64,000 nucleotides of DNA from an uncultured Verrucomicrobiae bacterium (GTDB taxonomy: Bacteria; Verrucomicrobiota; Verrucomicrobiia; Chthoniobacterales; JAFAMB01). The notes under the pieces were generated by a model that saw only the letters and a list, made by a program, of their open reading frames with translations, had not been told where the DNA came from and made no database searches. The translations under genes and the position numbers were made by a program. Each line of letters starts with the position of its first letter. Within the stretch, counting starts at the first letter, position 1. Where the stretch lies: NCBI GenBank assembly GCA_963782115.1, contig CAWAIK010000001.1:1-64000 (forward strand), read 5' to 3'. Positions 61,440-64,000 of the stretch are shown here, one piece after another.

Positions 61440-63038
61440 ATGAAGCTTTGCAAAAGCTGGCACGCTTCCTTGCGACCCGCCGACGCCTTTCCCCTGCTGA
61501 TCCTTTCGATTCCTTCGCTTTATGTTTTGCTGATTTTGCCGCCCCTTTGGCGTGACTCGGACGGTTTCAATGAAATCGCTTCAACCTTTGCTCCGAAAGG
61601 CATTATCCATTGGTTGCCCGGGTATTGTCTTGGCGGCCGGTTGATTGTTTTTGCAGGCAGTATTGTCGGCAGTTTGCTGGGCGGTCACGGCATTCCATAT
61701 CTTTCGATCAGCATCACGCCGCTCAATGACACAGGAATTTATACCTTGGTCGTGGTGCAGCATCTTTTCCTGGTCCTTTCGCTGTTCTATGCCGCCAGGA
61801 CGCTCACCGATCGCTTTCGAATGAGAGTTTTATTTGCGCTGTTCTTTGCGCTCACTCCGTGGGTTTATATCTATGCGAATTGCATCGGAAGCGAGGCGTT
61901 CAGCAACCCTCTAGTTTACCTGATCGCGGCCTGCGGCTGGAATTGTCTAAGGACATCGGAACTGAATAGACGAGAGATATTTATCTACCTTGGCCTGCTT
62001 CTCGCCGCAGCGTTGACTCGTCAGGTCAATGGGGTGCTGGCCGCCGGTCTGCCGATCGCCCTGTTGCCGTTGGCTGGCCGTGAACTGATCCTTCGTGGCG
62101 GCGCCACAACTTTGGCCAACGGTGATTCTCGATTCCGTTACACTCGAAGATTTCTGATCTTTGTGGTGGTTGGCCTGTCGGCGATTGGAACCTCGCTGCT
62201 CGTGCAACAGGCGATGTGCTGGCTGTGCCGCGTGCCGTTTCGTTCCACGCTCGGTGAAACCTTTGAGTGGCGTCTGGGCTACCTGGAAAGATTGCCGGAG
62301 CAGGAAAGAACCGCGATCCTGGCCCGGATCGCTACGAAGGTGGGCGATCCGGTAGTGACAGAAGCGCTCGACGCTCTTAATCGATCGCTCAACCAAGGGG
62401 AAAATTGGGCCAACATGTTTCTGTTTTACAAGATCGATGAAATCCTCGTTCGATCCGGTTTCAACGAGATGCAGCATCGGACTTGGCAGATAGATCTGAA
62501 ACTGAACCGGGTTGCGACTTGCGTACTGCTTTCCGGCGAACCGCATTTCCTGAAGGCTGTCTGGACCGACTTCATCCGGTCGCCGTTCTTCGCGCAGACG
62601 GATCTCGCGTATCCACCGTTTATTTTGACCGATTGGCTGCAAACGCAACTGCCCTACCCAAGATACGGACGACTGAGAGGTCTCGCCTCGTTTCAACATG
62701 AAGAGGGCTATTACAATGCCGCCTGGAAACGGATGCCGTACTTCCACCTTTTCGAAGGGATTCCGATCCTGGCCATGGGTTGTCTTACCATTGTGTTCAG
62801 CGGATTGGCTTTCGTTGCGGCTTACCGGGATCCAATCCCTGCGGCGGGTGCCGCTTACGCCATGGGCCTGATCGTCGTTGGGGTCCTGGTCTCTCTTGCG
62901 AACTGCTTAACCACCTTTTTCGGGGCGCGGTTTTATTTGCCGGTCTATTCGCTTTTTCAGATGGGTTTGCTGCTTGCTGTCTCGATAGCGGGGAAGGTTC
63001 TTATGGAAAGACTGGAAAGTTCCAGAGACCCGCGCTAA
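61440..63038 (+). CDS. Multi-pass membrane protein (possibly GT-C-like)
   Basis: Many TM segments; WRDSD motif after the first TM. Confidence 0.7.
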   Translation: MKLCKSWHASLRPADAFPLLILSIPSLYVLLILPPLWRDSDGFNEIASTFAPKGIIHWLPGYCLGGRLIVFAGSIVGSLLGGHGIPYLSISITPLNDTGIYTLVVVQHLFLVLSLFYAARTLTDRFRMRVLFALFFALTPWVYIYANCIGSEAFSNPLVYLIAACGWNCLRTSELNRREIFIYLGLLLAAALTRQVNGVLAAGLPIALLPLAGRELILRGGATTLANGDSRFRYTRRFLIFVVVGLSAIGTSLLVQQAMCWLCRVPFRSTLGETFEWRLGYLERLPEQERTAILARIATKVGDPVVTEALDALNRSLNQGENWANMFLFYKIDEILVRSGFNEMQHRTWQIDLKLNRVATCVLLSGEPHFLKAVWTDFIRSPFFAQTDLAYPPFILTDWLQTQLPYPRYGRLRGLASFQHEEGYYNAAWKRMPYFHLFEGIPILAMGCLTIVFSGLAFVAAYRDPIPAAGAAYAMGLIVVGVLVSLANCLTTFFGARFYLPVYSLFQMGLLLAVSIAGKVLMERLESSRDPR

Positions 63039-63048
63039 AAGCACAGCC

Positions 63049-63753
63049 ATGTCTCGATTGCTGTCACTGTTTTGCGTCAGCCTGATTCTGGGGTCGGTCG
63101 CGATCGCCCAGGACCAGGGGGAGCACATCGTACTGACCGGCGGTCCCTCGCTGATGCAGTGGGAAAAGTATAAGCTTCAGCCACATGATAACTGGTGGAT
63201 GAATTTCGTGCGCGCCAGCCGGATTCGGATTGAACAGCTCCGGCAGCAATATGGCCCGTCAGCCCGGATTACCTGGCTGGTTTATCAGCGCGGCTACGAG
63301 CGCCGTCAAAAGCAGGAACACGAGAATCTTTTCAATATCATCAAGTCGGTCCGGGACAAATACGGGATCAACCTGATTTTTTTCAACACCAGTGAGCAGC
63401 TCTGTTACTATCTTAACTACGGAGCGAATCGCCCGCACAACAAGATCGTTTCATTCGATTATTTTGGACATTCGAATCGAGCCTGTTTCATGATCGACTA
63501 CAGCAACGAGATCGGGAGCGGCTCAAAGGTCTGGCTTCACGAAAACGAACTAAAGGACAAATTGCATCGCGGCATCTTTGCCCGGAACGCCCAAGTACAG
63601 AGCTGGGGATGCTATACCGCCGAGAGCATGTCGAAGTCGTGGTATCAGGCTACAGGAGCGAGGATGATCGGGGCGGTGGGCAAGACCCAGTATATGACGA
63701 ATGAATTGCCGGTCCTGGTGTCGGCAACAGGAAGATGGAGCACAGGATTTTAG
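63049..63753 (+). CDS. Secreted hypothetical protein (possible His/Cys peptidase-like dyad)
   Basis: Signal peptide; YFGHS and SWGC motifs. Confidence 0.75.
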   Translation: MSRLLSLFCVSLILGSVAIAQDQGEHIVLTGGPSLMQWEKYKLQPHDNWWMNFVRASRIRIEQLRQQYGPSARITWLVYQRGYERRQKQEHENLFNIIKSVRDKYGINLIFFNTSEQLCYYLNYGANRPHNKIVSFDYFGHSNRACFMIDYSNEIGSGSKVWLHENELKDKLHRGIFARNAQVQSWGCYTAESMSKSWYQATGARMIGAVGKTQYMTNELPVLVSATGRWSTGF

Positions 63754-63830
63754 TGAATAACGTGGTCAGCGACATCAATGGCTTTCGGTTTACCTAATCC
63801 CTCTGACTCCGCTCCCATACGCTACCTGCC

Positions 63831-64000
63831 ATGACTCTTGCTGAGCTCCAACGGATCTACGCCACGTCCTTTTTTGATTTGATCGAGCGCGCTCGCTCGA
63901 CGTTTTCGTCGCATTGGAATAGAAGCGAAGTGCAGCTCTGCACATTGCTGAGCATCAAGACCGGTGGGTGCAGCGAGGACTGTGCTTATTGCGCTCAAAG
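63831..64000 (+). CDS. bioB: Biotin synthase, 5' partial
   Basis: VQLCTLLSIKTGGCSEDCAYCAQ radical-SAM CxxxCxxC motif. Confidence 0.92.
   Translation, partial: MTLAELQRIYATSFFDLIERARSTFSSHWNRSEVQLCTLLSIKTGGCSEDCAYCAQ

Noticed and set aside
34609..64000. Many antisense or overlapping ORFs (e.g. 37072-37650, 57829-58554, 58611-59384, 61947-62747)
   Set aside because: They are shadow frames of well-supported genes with no motifs of their own

Overview
The window looks like a soil Verrucomicrobia-like (Chthoniobacterales-type) chromosome segment; this is inferred from gene content and intergenic repeats. About 1-34 kb is a layered accessory region built around a single tRNA-Cys gene (18438-18509, minus strand). 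On the tRNA's 3' side is a decayed island with a tyrosine integrase broken by an ISL3 fragment, TIR proteins, SRAP fragments, an ANT(6)-like enzyme and a Rep_3 gene. That Rep_3 gene appears to be interrupted at a CTAG site by an unclassified 2.4-kb mobile element encoding a 538-aa protein. On the 5' side is a 15-kb phage-satellite-like element (integrase, excisionase, primase, DUF3987 helicase, ori-like inverted repeats) bounded by 40-bp duplications of the tRNA 5' half. It carries candidate defence cargo: a DUF4365 gene pair, an Imm-SHOCT protein and a Panacea-type TA pair. The stump of a third related element follows it. About 34.6-44.5 kb holds an intact kdpFABC locus with a split KdpD and a sodium:solute symporter. 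About 45-51 kb is a decayed MobF plasmid/IME remnant with iteron-like repeats. About 51-64 kb is core-like: oxidative pentose catabolism genes, sbcDC, a hydrolase, membrane and secreted proteins, and the start of bioB. All family assignments come from motif recognition by eye; no searches were run.
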